DNA from: Candidatus Thorarchaeota archaeon
Lineage (GTDB): Archaea; Asgardarchaeota; Thorarchaeia; Thorarchaeales; Thorarchaeaceae
Direction of reading: 5' to 3'
Length of the DNA: 23,249 nucleotides
Assembly (NCBI GenBank): GCA_048884965.1
Contig: JBHLQH010000043.1
Span: 1 to 23,249 of the forward strand
The notes below the pieces were generated by a model. It had not been told where the DNA came from, did no database searches, and was given only the letters and a program-made list of their open reading frames with translations. Both the position numbers and the translations under genes were made by a program. Below, piece after piece: positions 9,324-18,063 of this stretch (within the stretch, counting starts at the first letter, position 1; each line of letters opens with the position of its first letter).

Positions 9324-10106
9324 TACAGGAATTCCAAATACAATTGCAATAATTCCGAGCAATAGACACAGTTTCCAGAAGCTGATTCTTCTAGCTACCC
9401 GGAGAAGGAATTCCATTGACAAAAGCCCAAAAACGAACACAATGGCTTCTATCAAAATCAGGTCTACAGGTGCAATCGAGGGAAGCACTGCACCGCCAGT
9501 GAGAAGTTCCACTGCGAAGATACCCAGTACAGCAGGAACACTCATCAAGAAGCTGAATCGTAATGCTGTTTCCTTACTTACTTTCTGCATCAAAAGAGCT
9601 GATACCGTCACTCCTGATCTACTTAGTCCTGGTAACACGGAGAAGCCTTGCACCAACCCAGTTATTGCTGAGACCTTGGGCGTGGGCTCAATATCTCTAC
9701 TTCCTTCCGAGCTGGCTCTCATCGTTGGAAGATAGAGGACAATTGCTGTCACGACAAGCAATAGACCAACTAGAACATTCAAGATCTCACCTTGAAAGGA
9801 TGAGATGCTATCTTTGAGGAAGAAATAGAGTGGGATTGCCGTAATTGCTGTGCAAATCGTGGCGATGAGGAGATTCTTGAACAACTCCCTATCCTTCAAG
9901 GTCACGACCTCTAGGATTGTCCGAGGATATCGTACGACTACTGCGAGTGCAGTTCCCAGATGCAGCCATGCAACCAAGGTGATTAGCTCGCTTGGGGGGA
10001 CTGAGCTGAAATTGTATACGAAGAGTACTGCTTGACCTTCGGATGAGATGGGGAGCCATTCCACAAAACCTTGAATCAATGCTACAATGATTTGCCATGG
10101 TTCCAT
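9315..10106 (-). CDS. uppP: Undecaprenyl-diphosphate phosphatase (BacA/UppP family)
   Basis: IQGFVEWLPISSEG, LHLGT, QGFSVLPGLSRSGVT and FSFLMSVPA motifs; multi-TM. The start may extend to 10139. Confidence 0.92.
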   Translation of the reverse strand: MEPWQIIVALIQGFVEWLPISSEGQAVLFVYNFSSVPPSELITLVAWLHLGTALAVVVRYPRTILEVVTLKDRELFKNLLIATICTAITAIPLYFFLKDSISSFQGEILNVLVGLLLVVTAIVLYLPTMRASSEGSRDIEPTPKVSAITGLVQGFSVLPGLSRSGVTVSALLMQKVSKETALRFSFLMSVPAVLGIFAVELLTGGAVLPSIAPVDLILIEAIVFVFGLLSMEFLLRVARRISFWKLCLLLGIIAIVFGIPVLF

Positions 10107-10189
10107 TGGTATTTCCTCAAGCCCAACGCGTTCTACCATAGACTTAAATCTACTCCAAAACCGACATGCGCTTGGAGAGAAACTGGGAA

Positions 10190-10855
10190 ATGGTAATCGA
10201 TAATGGTCGTTTCATGGCTTCAGAGCTCGGAAATATAACACAAATGCTCGAGGAGCATTTTCGAATCGCTCTTTCTTCGAATAGAATTGTCGCAAGTGCA
10301 CTACCTGACTGGCTTTGTGAGAATAAGCCCATCTCTCCAGATGATCTAAAGAAGACAACAGAGTATGAAGAGCGAGCCGACGAGCTGAAACGCCACATTC
10401 TGACAGAACTGGCAAAGGCGAATGCGTTACTGCAACGCGAGGACCTTGTTAGACTAGTACATTATACCGACAAGTTAGTTGATGGAGCAGAGATTGCTTG
10501 TCATCATCTTGATTCAGTCATCAAATCATCATGGACTCCCTCTGGCGAATTGAAAGAGATGATCAAGAAACTCGGCGAGCTCCTTATGGACGAGATCAAG
10601 GAGGCTCGTGAGGCTGTGAGATTCCTCTCAATCAACATGGAGAACTCGATGAAGAAGGCGGATGAGATCTGTGTCATTGAGAAGCAGATTGATGTTCTCA
10701 TGAGAGAGATCGTTTCATTCTTGTATCCCCTTGGGATAGATATTGGCATCCTTCTTCGCTTCAGGGATTTCCTCAATATGATGGAAGACATTGCCAACTT
10801 CTGCGAGGATGTTGCAATCACAATCCGGAGTTTGTCCTTGACTCTGAATACATAG
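10190..10855 (+). CDS. DUF47/PhoU-like phosphate transport regulator
   Basis: Repeated helical motifs EERADELKR, REDLVRLVHYTDKLVD, IEKQID and EDIANFCED. The start is uncertain (10166, 10190 or 10214). Confidence 0.8.
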   Translation: MVIDNGRFMASELGNITQMLEEHFRIALSSNRIVASALPDWLCENKPISPDDLKKTTEYEERADELKRHILTELAKANALLQREDLVRLVHYTDKLVDGAEIACHHLDSVIKSSWTPSGELKEMIKKLGELLMDEIKEAREAVRFLSINMENSMKKADEICVIEKQIDVLMREIVSFLYPLGIDIGILLRFRDFLNMMEDIANFCEDVAITIRSLSLTLNT

Positions 10856-10868
10856 AATGGTGGTATGA

Positions 10869-11432
10869 TTGTCAGATTCACCTCGAAGAGCATCAGCGGA
10901 ATTTGTTGGTGACCGAGGAATAGTCTGGAATTCCGTGGAGGGATCCGAGCTTTATAGTGATGGATACTTTGGGCAGCCTGTGGGAATCAGAAAACCCAAG
11001 AGTCCTGAATTCGACAAGCCCCTTGAACTATCACTTATAGAATGCGCATACCTCTCACGCCTAGGTCGTCTTGAGGTTCATGATGCCAAATCTAATTCCA
11101 TTCTTTCCTTTGAGGATTTGTTGGAAATAGGGAAGCAGCACTCTGATGACTTCATGGAACGACTCACGGTCTATACCAATCTTAGAGAGCTCGGATATAT
11201 TCTTCGCCCAGGCCTCAAGTTTGGTACGGACTTTGCAGTCTATGAGCACGGACCTGGGAAGGACCATGCTCCTTTTCTTGTTCATGTAATCCCTCAGAGA
11301 AAAGGGGTTGTCCCTCTTGATATTGTTCGAGCTGGACGCCTTGCCACAAGTGTTAGGAAGAAGTTCATCATTGCTACTGTAAAGGAGGAGGGTGAGGTCT
11401 TCTACTATTCTTTTGTGTGGCATAAACCCTGA
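10869..11432 (+). CDS. endA: tRNA splicing endonuclease, catalytic subunit
   Basis: LELSLIECAYL, LRELGY..RPGLKFGTDFAVY (catalytic Tyr), GKDHAPFLV (His) and RLATSVRKK (Lys); TTG start. Confidence 0.93.
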   Translation: MSDSPRRASAEFVGDRGIVWNSVEGSELYSDGYFGQPVGIRKPKSPEFDKPLELSLIECAYLSRLGRLEVHDAKSNSILSFEDLLEIGKQHSDDFMERLTVYTNLRELGYILRPGLKFGTDFAVYEHGPGKDHAPFLVHVIPQRKGVVPLDIVRAGRLATSVRKKFIIATVKEEGEVFYYSFVWHKP

Positions 11433-11540
11433 GCTTCGTGTGCTTTATCAGGATGTAATCCGTGTTATATGTGAGAAAAGGTCATAAGGCTGGTTGACAG
11501 ATTGCCTCTTATCTCATCTAGCCAATGATGGTGATACTTA

Positions 11541-11861
11541 ATGGCTGACAAGGCTGAAAATGCAAAGGCGTTTGGTGCTCTTCTGGCTAAGGCTTGGGAG
11601 AACACTCCTTCTTTCATCTGTAGTAATGACGATTACATCTACTGTCTTTTTCCGGTAGATGAGAACAAGGAGAACTGGCATGAAGCATCTCTAACCTTTC
11701 CCGATGGATCCCTCGATCAGAAGGATATTGGTGCTACGCAAGCTATCGCCCTACTCGTTGAAGAACTAAAGGTCCTGCCAACCTATGGTGCAGATACAAT
11801 AGTTACGTCGAAGGACAAGCTAGACCAAGTAGCTGGTCGGCTTGCAAAACTAGTAGGCTGA
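11541..11861 (+). CDS. Hypothetical protein (106 aa)
   Basis: Clean ATG ORF with a GGTGAT SD upstream; no motif recognised. Confidence 0.75.
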   Translation: MADKAENAKAFGALLAKAWENTPSFICSNDDYIYCLFPVDENKENWHEASLTFPDGSLDQKDIGATQAIALLVEELKVLPTYGADTIVTSKDKLDQVAGRLAKLVG

Positions 11862-11909
11862 TATGAACTTGTGATTGAACTATAAGCGCTGGAACGCTTG
11901 AGATGCGAA

Positions 11910-12740
11910 ATGTCTATGGTGGAGGAATTATTGGCCGACCTCATTGTTTGTCCGCACTGCAAGGCTAAGGTGCCTAAAGCTCGCTTTTGTAATGCATGTG
12001 GCGAATCTTTGTCCGACGATGCTGTAAAACCTGATGCTCCTTCTGAAGAAGCCCATCAAGCTGCTCTTAGAGCAATCTATGAAGATGATGAGCCTGAAAT
12101 CGTTGAAGAGATATCATATCCTGATTTCGCTTTCTCCATAGATGGGATGGACCCTCGGAATCTGGCCATCCTCTTCTCAAAATCAGAGTTGAGGGTGCTT
12201 GATAAGGAACTAGACCGCATCATCGCTGAGATAAGCTCGACCAGACAAGCTCTGGACCTGACCCATGCTGACAAGGACCTCTTGATCGTACGTGCAAAGG
12301 ACCTTCGAAGGGAGTTTGATGAAACGAAGATGCGACGAACCAGACTCAGGTCCGTCGAAGGGAATATCCCCCTCAAGAACGTCTTAGCACACCTTACAAC
12401 GCAGGAATCCAAGCTTCAGAAGCTGGAGTCTGCAGAGAAGACCCTTGACCCTGTTATTTTTGAGGAGGAGAAGAAGCGTCTTCAGGTTCGAATCAAGAAT
12501 CTAAAAAACGACTTGAAATCCACACTCAAGGTATCAAAGCAATGGGCAAAGTCCATGGATAGTGAGATCAAGCATCTCCGCAGAGAACAGAGTCGTCTTG
12601 ATGCAAAGCTCAAGATCGGCGATATTTCACAGACAGCCTATGATTCGAAGATGAAGGATATCACCAACTCCATTGTCATCATCGAAGGTGGCAAAAAAAC
12701 GCTAGAGGAGATAATTCAGTTAGCTGAGAAAACAAAATAA
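11910..12740 (+). CDS. Zinc-ribbon plus long coiled-coil protein
   Basis: CPHC-x10-CNAC, an acidic linker, then heptad-rich helices. Confidence 0.75.
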   Translation: MSMVEELLADLIVCPHCKAKVPKARFCNACGESLSDDAVKPDAPSEEAHQAALRAIYEDDEPEIVEEISYPDFAFSIDGMDPRNLAILFSKSELRVLDKELDRIIAEISSTRQALDLTHADKDLLIVRAKDLRREFDETKMRRTRLRSVEGNIPLKNVLAHLTTQESKLQKLESAEKTLDPVIFEEEKKRLQVRIKNLKNDLKSTLKVSKQWAKSMDSEIKHLRREQSRLDAKLKIGDISQTAYDSKMKDITNSIVIIEGGKKTLEEIIQLAEKTK

Positions 12741-12776
12741 TCTATTTGAAAAATAGAAGAGTAAGGAGTCGATTCC

Positions 12777-13088
12777 ATGTCGAAAGGTTTCGAAGATTGC
12801 GTTCCCTTCTGTGAGTCTTTCAAGTGCACACAAAGAGGTGGCACATTGAAGTTCAGGACGCGAGGAGGGAAGAAAGAGGCATGGTGCACTGCTTTTGAAG
12901 ACGTCTGTGACGGTGCTTGGTGTCAATTCAGCAAGTGTGCCATTCGTAAAATGACCGATAGCGGAAAATGCAAAGGTAGGGGAACTACAGTAATCCCAGA
13001 TCAAAAGCCCCAATATGATAATGTTGACGACCCATCCATTATTCCAGAGAAGTATGCGAAGAAGCTACGTGGCAAGTTGGGGTCTTGA
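12777..13088 (+). CDS. Cys-rich (8 Cys) putative metal-binding small protein
   Basis: AAGGAG SD; CVPFCESFKC...WC...VCDGAWCQFSKC...KC. Confidence 0.75.
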   Translation: MSKGFEDCVPFCESFKCTQRGGTLKFRTRGGKKEAWCTAFEDVCDGAWCQFSKCAIRKMTDSGKCKGRGTTVIPDQKPQYDNVDDPSIIPEKYAKKLRGKLGS

Positions 13089-13159
13089 AGGATTCGGTTC
13101 TATCCCACAACCTCTATAAGCAACACGCCGCAGTTGGCAATTAGTCGAAGGTGAACAAA

Positions 13160-13285
13160 GTGTTCGAAGAAGTAAAACCTACGATGAGAGCTCTCATCTA
13201 TTTCATGGTTGGTATGTCAATGCTAGCCATCGGGCTATTATTAGGTCAGGCCATGTTTGCCATTGACTTCCTTACGATGACATAA
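13160..13285 (+). CDS. 41-aa single-pass membrane microprotein
   Basis: TATAAG at 13115-20, AAGGTGA SD, GTG start. Sequence MFEEVKPTMRALIYFMVGMSMLAIGLLLGQAMFAIDFLTMT has a roughly 25-aa hydrophobic core and fills an otherwise empty gap. Confidence 0.65.
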   Translation: MFEEVKPTMRALIYFMVGMSMLAIGLLLGQAMFAIDFLTMT

Positions 13286-13313
13286 TCACGATACTTGTCA
13301 CTGAGGTCTTCTC

Positions 13314-14300
13314 ATGACAAAGCTTCAGGAGATAATACAGCTCTTACGTTCCTTTGATGGCATCTCTCGAAAGTTCGTATTGCCAGGGATAATCAGAAAG
13401 CTCCGAGAGCAATCGTATAAAGGCGACACTCCACACTCTCTCGGTGAAGATTCTGCGGCAATAGGTACAGATTCTGATGAAGTCATTTTGCTCACAACAG
13501 ATGCCATTGTCGAAGAACTATGCTTGAATCATCCCCATGCTGCAGGTTTCAATGTGGTACTTGCGAACATAATGGACATCTATGCTGCTGGAGGCCGACC
13601 GACTTCCTTTGCTGTGGCCCTATCCTACTCAGATCAGGAGATTGGCGATGCGATACTCGACGGATTGATTGATGGGTCTCAGAAATTCCAAGTGCCTATC
13701 GTTAGAGGTCATACCAATCCTCATTCTAGTTCTACATATATTGTGGGTTCAGCTACAGGGACCGTGAAGAGGAATAATATGCTCACTGCAGGTGGCGCGC
13801 TTGAAGGGGACCATCTGATCCTGATATTCGATCCAACTGGAAAGCGTGGAGCGAGCTATAGCCTCGGATGGGATACTGTAACAGATAGCGATGCGGCTTC
13901 CGTAGTGAAACGAGCAACTACAATATCTACTCTCGCTGAAGCAGGGTTGCTAAACGCCTCCAAGGACGTTTCTGTCGCAGGAGTGGTAGGGACTGCAGGT
14001 ATGCTCATAGAATACTCAGGAAAGGGAGGTGTCATCGATTTGAATGCCATAGACGCGACCCGTCCAAAGATCATCTCTCTACATGATTGGATTCGTATGT
14101 TTATCTCCCTAGGTTTTCTGGTCGCTGCATCTCCAAGCAAACTTAATGCCATCGCAAGAATCGCAGAGGAGCATGAAATGCAGGCAATAGTCATTGGAAG
14201 TGTGGATATATCCCAGAAGCTTTCCCTCACACTAGACTCCGAAAAGATGGTCCTATTTGATTTCTCAGAAGGACCTGTTCTTACACCGAAAGGGGTATGA
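13314..14300 (+). CDS. AIR synthase/PurM-superfamily protein (methanogenesis-marker-2-like; not canonical SelD)
   Basis: GEDSAAI, LTTDAI, ANIMDIYAAGGRP, IVRGHT and SKDVSVAG motifs; it lacks the N-terminal C/U-x-x-K of SelD. Confidence 0.8.
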   Translation: MTKLQEIIQLLRSFDGISRKFVLPGIIRKLREQSYKGDTPHSLGEDSAAIGTDSDEVILLTTDAIVEELCLNHPHAAGFNVVLANIMDIYAAGGRPTSFAVALSYSDQEIGDAILDGLIDGSQKFQVPIVRGHTNPHSSSTYIVGSATGTVKRNNMLTAGGALEGDHLILIFDPTGKRGASYSLGWDTVTDSDAASVVKRATTISTLAEAGLLNASKDVSVAGVVGTAGMLIEYSGKGGVIDLNAIDATRPKIISLHDWIRMFISLGFLVAASPSKLNAIARIAEEHEMQAIVIGSVDISQKLSLTLDSEKMVLFDFSEGPVLTPKGV

Positions 14301-14359
14301 ATTCCCTTGTCGCTATAGTTAAATGAACGTCATCTACCAATGAATGTGAAGTGTGAACC

Positions 14360-14581
14360 TTGGAACGCTCGAATGAAAAAACCTGTAGTGTTGTGGGTTG
14401 CGATAAACCTTCAAAGAGATCATTCTCTACCGAGCGAATCGGACAGAGTGTCACTGCATCAGGCTTGAAAGTGAAGGATGCAAGAAAGAGGAAGACCTAT
14501 CTCTGTCAAGATCATTGGAAGACGGTAAAGAAAAGCTTCAAGAAAGATACCAAGCCCGAGCGGATGAGATGGGGTCACTAG
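14360..14581 (+). CDS. Small basic Zn-finger-like protein (C-x4-C ... C-x2-H)
   Basis: CSVVGC...YLCQDH, Lys/Arg-rich; TTG start. Confidence 0.7.
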   Translation: MERSNEKTCSVVGCDKPSKRSFSTERIGQSVTASGLKVKDARKRKTYLCQDHWKTVKKSFKKDTKPERMRWGH

Positions 14582-14640
14582 GACGGTCCCAAGTCATCCC
14601 ATTTCTGCTAGGACAACATATCGTATTGGATGCAGTTGAT

Positions 14641-14991
14641 ATGGCAAAGAAGAAGAGTGAGGACTTGCCTCGTCTGAGTCCTAATTTTAAATTATGGCTC
14701 GAGTACAATGGAGAGTACGTTCTCGGACCGGGGGCGTACGCACTCCTCAAGAGCATCCATACTTCTGGCTCTATTACACAGGCCGCATTGGAATTGAAGA
14801 TGTCCTATCGCTATGCTTGGGGAGTGATTAGAAAGGTCGAGTCTACCCTCAAAGCAAAGGTCATCGAGTCCTATAAGGGTGGCAGCAAAGGTGGTGGAGG
14901 TGCAAAGGTCACTCCTTACGGCATCTCACTTATGGAACTCTATGCCAGAGTAAATCATAGCTTCTCAGATGTCATTGATTCCCTTGAGTAG
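14641..14991 (+). CDS. ModE N-terminal-like winged-helix transcriptional regulator
   Basis: LWLE...LGPG...LLKSIHTSGSITQAALELKMSYRYAW...KGGSKGGGAKVTPYG; no molybdate-binding TOBE domain. Confidence 0.88.
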   Translation: MAKKKSEDLPRLSPNFKLWLEYNGEYVLGPGAYALLKSIHTSGSITQAALELKMSYRYAWGVIRKVESTLKAKVIESYKGGSKGGGGAKVTPYGISLMELYARVNHSFSDVIDSLE

Positions 14992-14993
14992 GA

Positions 14994-16070
14994 TTATAGG
15001 AACTTAATCTCAATTGCCTTGTTGGGGCAATGGCTCTTACAGTCCAGACACATGATACAATCAGGTGAGTGCACATGTTGGTATGGGAACCTGCGAATCC
15101 TGATATTCATCGGACATACGACCTCGCATGTATTGCACACATCCGGAGTACATCGAGCTGGATTCCTTCCAATTCCAATAAGCGCATCTCTGGAGATGAA
15201 CCCATAGAGCCAACCAGCTGGACAAATCCATCTGCAGAACCATCTTGGAAACCAAAATGATACCACCACGACTAGGGCGACAAAGATCAGCTGTAGCCAA
15301 ACGATAACTCCCCATGTCCCAAGCAGCCATATATTTTCGAAACCAGTTGGCATGTCTTGGTTTGGTAGAATTACAAAGAGTATGTATGCCGGATTGAATT
15401 GGTCAAAGGTAGCATCAGCAAATATACCAAGTGCATTTCGTAAAGCATCTGAAGTACCTAGTACGACACTAACGCCAACCCATATTGTGAAGAAGATGAC
15501 AATTGCAAAGATATACGTCTTCAGTCTTCGAAGCTCCTTCTCAGTACCTGGGGCTGGACGTATCTTTGTTCTATTTGGCAGAGTGGCAAAATCCTGAATG
15601 GTACCAATAGGACAAACCCAACCACATGCTGATCTTCCGAGGACTGTCAGAATGATCACCATGGCTCCTAGGGTGAAGAATGGGAATAGACCACTAGTGA
15701 ACTCTCTTTGCATGACATCAAAAGATCCGCCAATAACTGCAAATTCAGCTTCGAGAGGTGCAATAATTGGAAGCGTTGGAAGTAGGTCTCTAAAGCCAGT
15801 CCAGAACTGAGTGATTGCTTCTTGACCATACCATGAAGCGAAAATGTACGCATTTATCCCCAGCAAGAAGATGATCTGTACGACCCTTCTGAGCATTCTC
15901 AAATTGAAAATGAGACCGAGAGGATTCCTACCAATGTTCCTGGCACTCTTTGGTGCTTTCTCCTTGGGCTTGGTCACATCAGGTTTGTCTTCCACTTCAA
16001 CCTTAGTAGTTGATGTGGGCTCCTCTTCGTCCAGTTCTTCAATTTCTGACCTTTCGGCATCCTCTGCCAT
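14994..16070 (-). CDS. NapH/MauN-type membrane 4Fe-4S binding protein
   Basis: GRSACGWVCPIG and PRWFCRWICPAG motifs, TM helices, and C-terminal CNTCEVVCP and CIMCLDCKSHCP. Confidence 0.88.
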   Translation of the reverse strand: MAEDAERSEIEELDEEEPTSTTKVEVEDKPDVTKPKEKAPKSARNIGRNPLGLIFNLRMLRRVVQIIFLLGINAYIFASWYGQEAITQFWTGFRDLLPTLPIIAPLEAEFAVIGGSFDVMQREFTSGLFPFFTLGAMVIILTVLGRSACGWVCPIGTIQDFATLPNRTKIRPAPGTEKELRRLKTYIFAIVIFFTIWVGVSVVLGTSDALRNALGIFADATFDQFNPAYILFVILPNQDMPTGFENIWLLGTWGVIVWLQLIFVALVVVVSFWFPRWFCRWICPAGWLYGFISRDALIGIGRNPARCTPDVCNTCEVVCPMNIRIRRFPYQHVHSPDCIMCLDCKSHCPNKAIEIKFL

Positions 16071-16165
16071 GATATTCAGACCTCGCCTTCGGCGTACTTC
16101 GAGGCGGGAACTTTGAGCAGCATTAAAAACATTGTGCTGGGAGTGAGTTCGTACTATCTTCGCAT

Positions 16166-16567
16166 CTAATTGAAAGTAATTTGAATATCCGCGCCAACCA
16201 GAGCAATTGTTAGTGTATAGATACCTGGCTCATCCGGTGGAACGACGATGATTGCATGTAGATAGGTTTCACTCCAAACTGCTTCTTGCGTGCCAGCCTT
16301 TACGAATGCAATACTTAGTGTGTTTCCAGATGAACTTAGATCGACATAGCTGGGTACGTTAATCTCAACAGCGATGCTCACCTGCGCACCTGTATCTACT
16401 CTCGCAGTATAGTTATGGATCCTATCTGCGAAAGTCTGGGCAGCCTCCAGTTGTGATACATTCGACAGGGTGTCCATAGTGAATATGAGCACTGGCACCC
16501 CAATGATGACTACTGTCGTTAGCCCAATGGCTATCAACATCATCTTCTCAAGCGATCGCGAAACCAT
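16166..16567 (-). CDS. Archaeal pilin-like/membrane-anchored protein
   Basis: MVSRSLEKMMLIAIGLTTVVIIGVPVL: an SLE motif and hydrophobic helix followed by a beta-rich domain. ATG 16567 is preferred over the longer ORF call. Confidence 0.55.
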   Translation of the reverse strand: MVSRSLEKMMLIAIGLTTVVIIGVPVLIFTMDTLSNVSQLEAAQTFADRIHNYTARVDTGAQVSIAVEINVPSYVDLSSSGNTLSIAFVKAGTQEAVWSETYLHAIIVVPPDEPGIYTLTIALVGADIQITFN

Positions 16568-16665
16568 ACTAGTTCTTGTGCATCCCCCCAAATAAAGTGC
16601 TTTGCTTAGGTCTTGAAGGTACGAAGGCTTTAACATGAGATTAGGCTCTACTTTCACTGAGAATC

Positions 16666-18063
16666 ATGTCGCGATACCTGCCCATGCACATCGGTCTTAT
16701 GGGTCACATCGATCATGGGAAAACCGAATTGGCTCGTGCTCTAAGTGAGAAGGTATCGACAGCTGGTCTCGACAAGCATCCCCAATCCAAGGAACGCGGT
16801 ATTACCATAGACCTCGGTTTTACGATGTTCAAACTCCATGAGTACTTGGTAACCCTAGTTGATGCCCCCGGTCATGCTGATCTCATACGGAGTGTTGTAG
16901 CTGGTGCGAATATCATCGATGCTGCTATCCTCGTCGTTGCGGCTGATGAGGGTCCCAAGATACAAACAGGTGAGCACATCATCGTACTTCGCTCATTTAG
17001 TATTGATACAATCATAGTCGCAGTTACAAAGACTGCTCTTGTAGATGAGAACCAGGTCGCGAAAGTAGAGAAGCAGATGCAATCCATTCTCAACAGCTCA
17101 GGTATCTCTAACTATACGATTATCAGAGTATCTGCGAAGGAAGGTACTGGGATTGATCTTCTAAAGGAAACCATCTATCAGAGAGTAAGACCAAAGGAAC
17201 GGGATAGTCACTCTGCCTTCTTGATGCCTGTTGACCATTCATTCCCAAAGAAAGGGCATGGCACCGTTGTGACCGGTACTATCCTTCGTGGAGAACTTCA
17301 CACTGATGAGATGATTCATGCAGTTCCATTGGGTAAGAGTGCACGCGTCAGGTCGATACAGGTGTTTGGTGAACAAATGCCCACAGCCCGGGCCGGTGAT
17401 AGAGTAGGGATCAATCTACCCGATCTGAAGAACACCGATCTTTCGAGAGGTGACTATCTATGTGCTCCCAACTCTGTTGCTGTATCTGATTCTGCGTACT
17501 GTGAAATCGAGCTCAATCCTCTCTATGGAGGAAAGATCACGAAGAAGTTGGTCTTGAATGCGACTGTTGGAATGCCTACTATCACCGCAGAGATTATTCC
17601 ATTCATGGAGCGCGATGATAGGTCTCGGGTAGTACTAGATGAAGTGAGTAGCTCCTGTTTCAGTGCTGCACTGTTGTTCAAGAAGAAGTTTGGTATTGAG
17701 ATCGGGATGAGAGTGCTTCTAATGAGGACTGACCTACCTCCGACTGCGATGAGGATCATCGGCTCTGGCAAGGTGGTTGAGATTCCAGCAAATGTTAGAC
17801 TTCTTCGAAAGAAGATACGACGTGGGAATGTAATGCGTATTCGAGAAGATGATGTTCTAGTTGAGGGACTTGCATCACGAAAGGAAATCGGTGAACGTTT
17901 GCTGGGCGACTCACTGATGGCTGCATCAGGTTCTCATGGGAAAGTAGTATCTACCTTTGGTACTCGAGGGGTCATAGCTGCAAAATTTGATGAACCCGTC
18001 ACTCTTAAGGAAGAAATCGTTCATGAAAGATTTGTCGAGGAGGACTTTTCCTTTGGACATTGA
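16666..18063 (+). CDS. selB: Selenocysteine-specific translation elongation factor (archaeal SelB/EFSec)
   Basis: GHIDHGKT, ERGITIDLGF, DAPGHADL, Sec-pocket PVDHSF and AGDRVG, and an archaeal domain IV with FGTRG; adjacent to SepSecS and tRNA-Sec. Confidence 0.95.
   Translation: MSRYLPMHIGLMGHIDHGKTELARALSEKVSTAGLDKHPQSKERGITIDLGFTMFKLHEYLVTLVDAPGHADLIRSVVAGANIIDAAILVVAADEGPKIQTGEHIIVLRSFSIDTIIVAVTKTALVDENQVAKVEKQMQSILNSSGISNYTIIRVSAKEGTGIDLLKETIYQRVRPKERDSHSAFLMPVDHSFPKKGHGTVVTGTILRGELHTDEMIHAVPLGKSARVRSIQVFGEQMPTARAGDRVGINLPDLKNTDLSRGDYLCAPNSVAVSDSAYCEIELNPLYGGKITKKLVLNATVGMPTITAEIIPFMERDDRSRVVLDEVSSSCFSAALLFKKKFGIEIGMRVLLMRTDLPPTAMRIIGSGKVVEIPANVRLLRKKIRRGNVMRIREDDVLVEGLASRKEIGERLLGDSLMAASGSHGKVVSTFGTRGVIAAKFDEPVTLKEEIVHERFVEEDFSFGH

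Noticed and set aside
11430-11474. Cys-rich read-through after the endA TGA
   Set aside because: EndA is already complete at its normal C-terminus (W-x-K-P), so this is likely chance.
13278-13313. In-frame TGA (13302-04) upstream of the AIR-synthase-like gene giving C-H-U-G, suggesting a Sec-containing SelD N-terminus
   Set aside because: A second in-frame TGA lies at 13278 with no start codon between the two, the TGA is part of the TGAGGT SD, and there is no U-x-x-K motif.
17987-18052. Longer N-terminus for SepSecS
   Set aside because: Resemblance to archaeal SepSecS begins at LDIEKKFEELIPENM, and an SD precedes TTG 18053.
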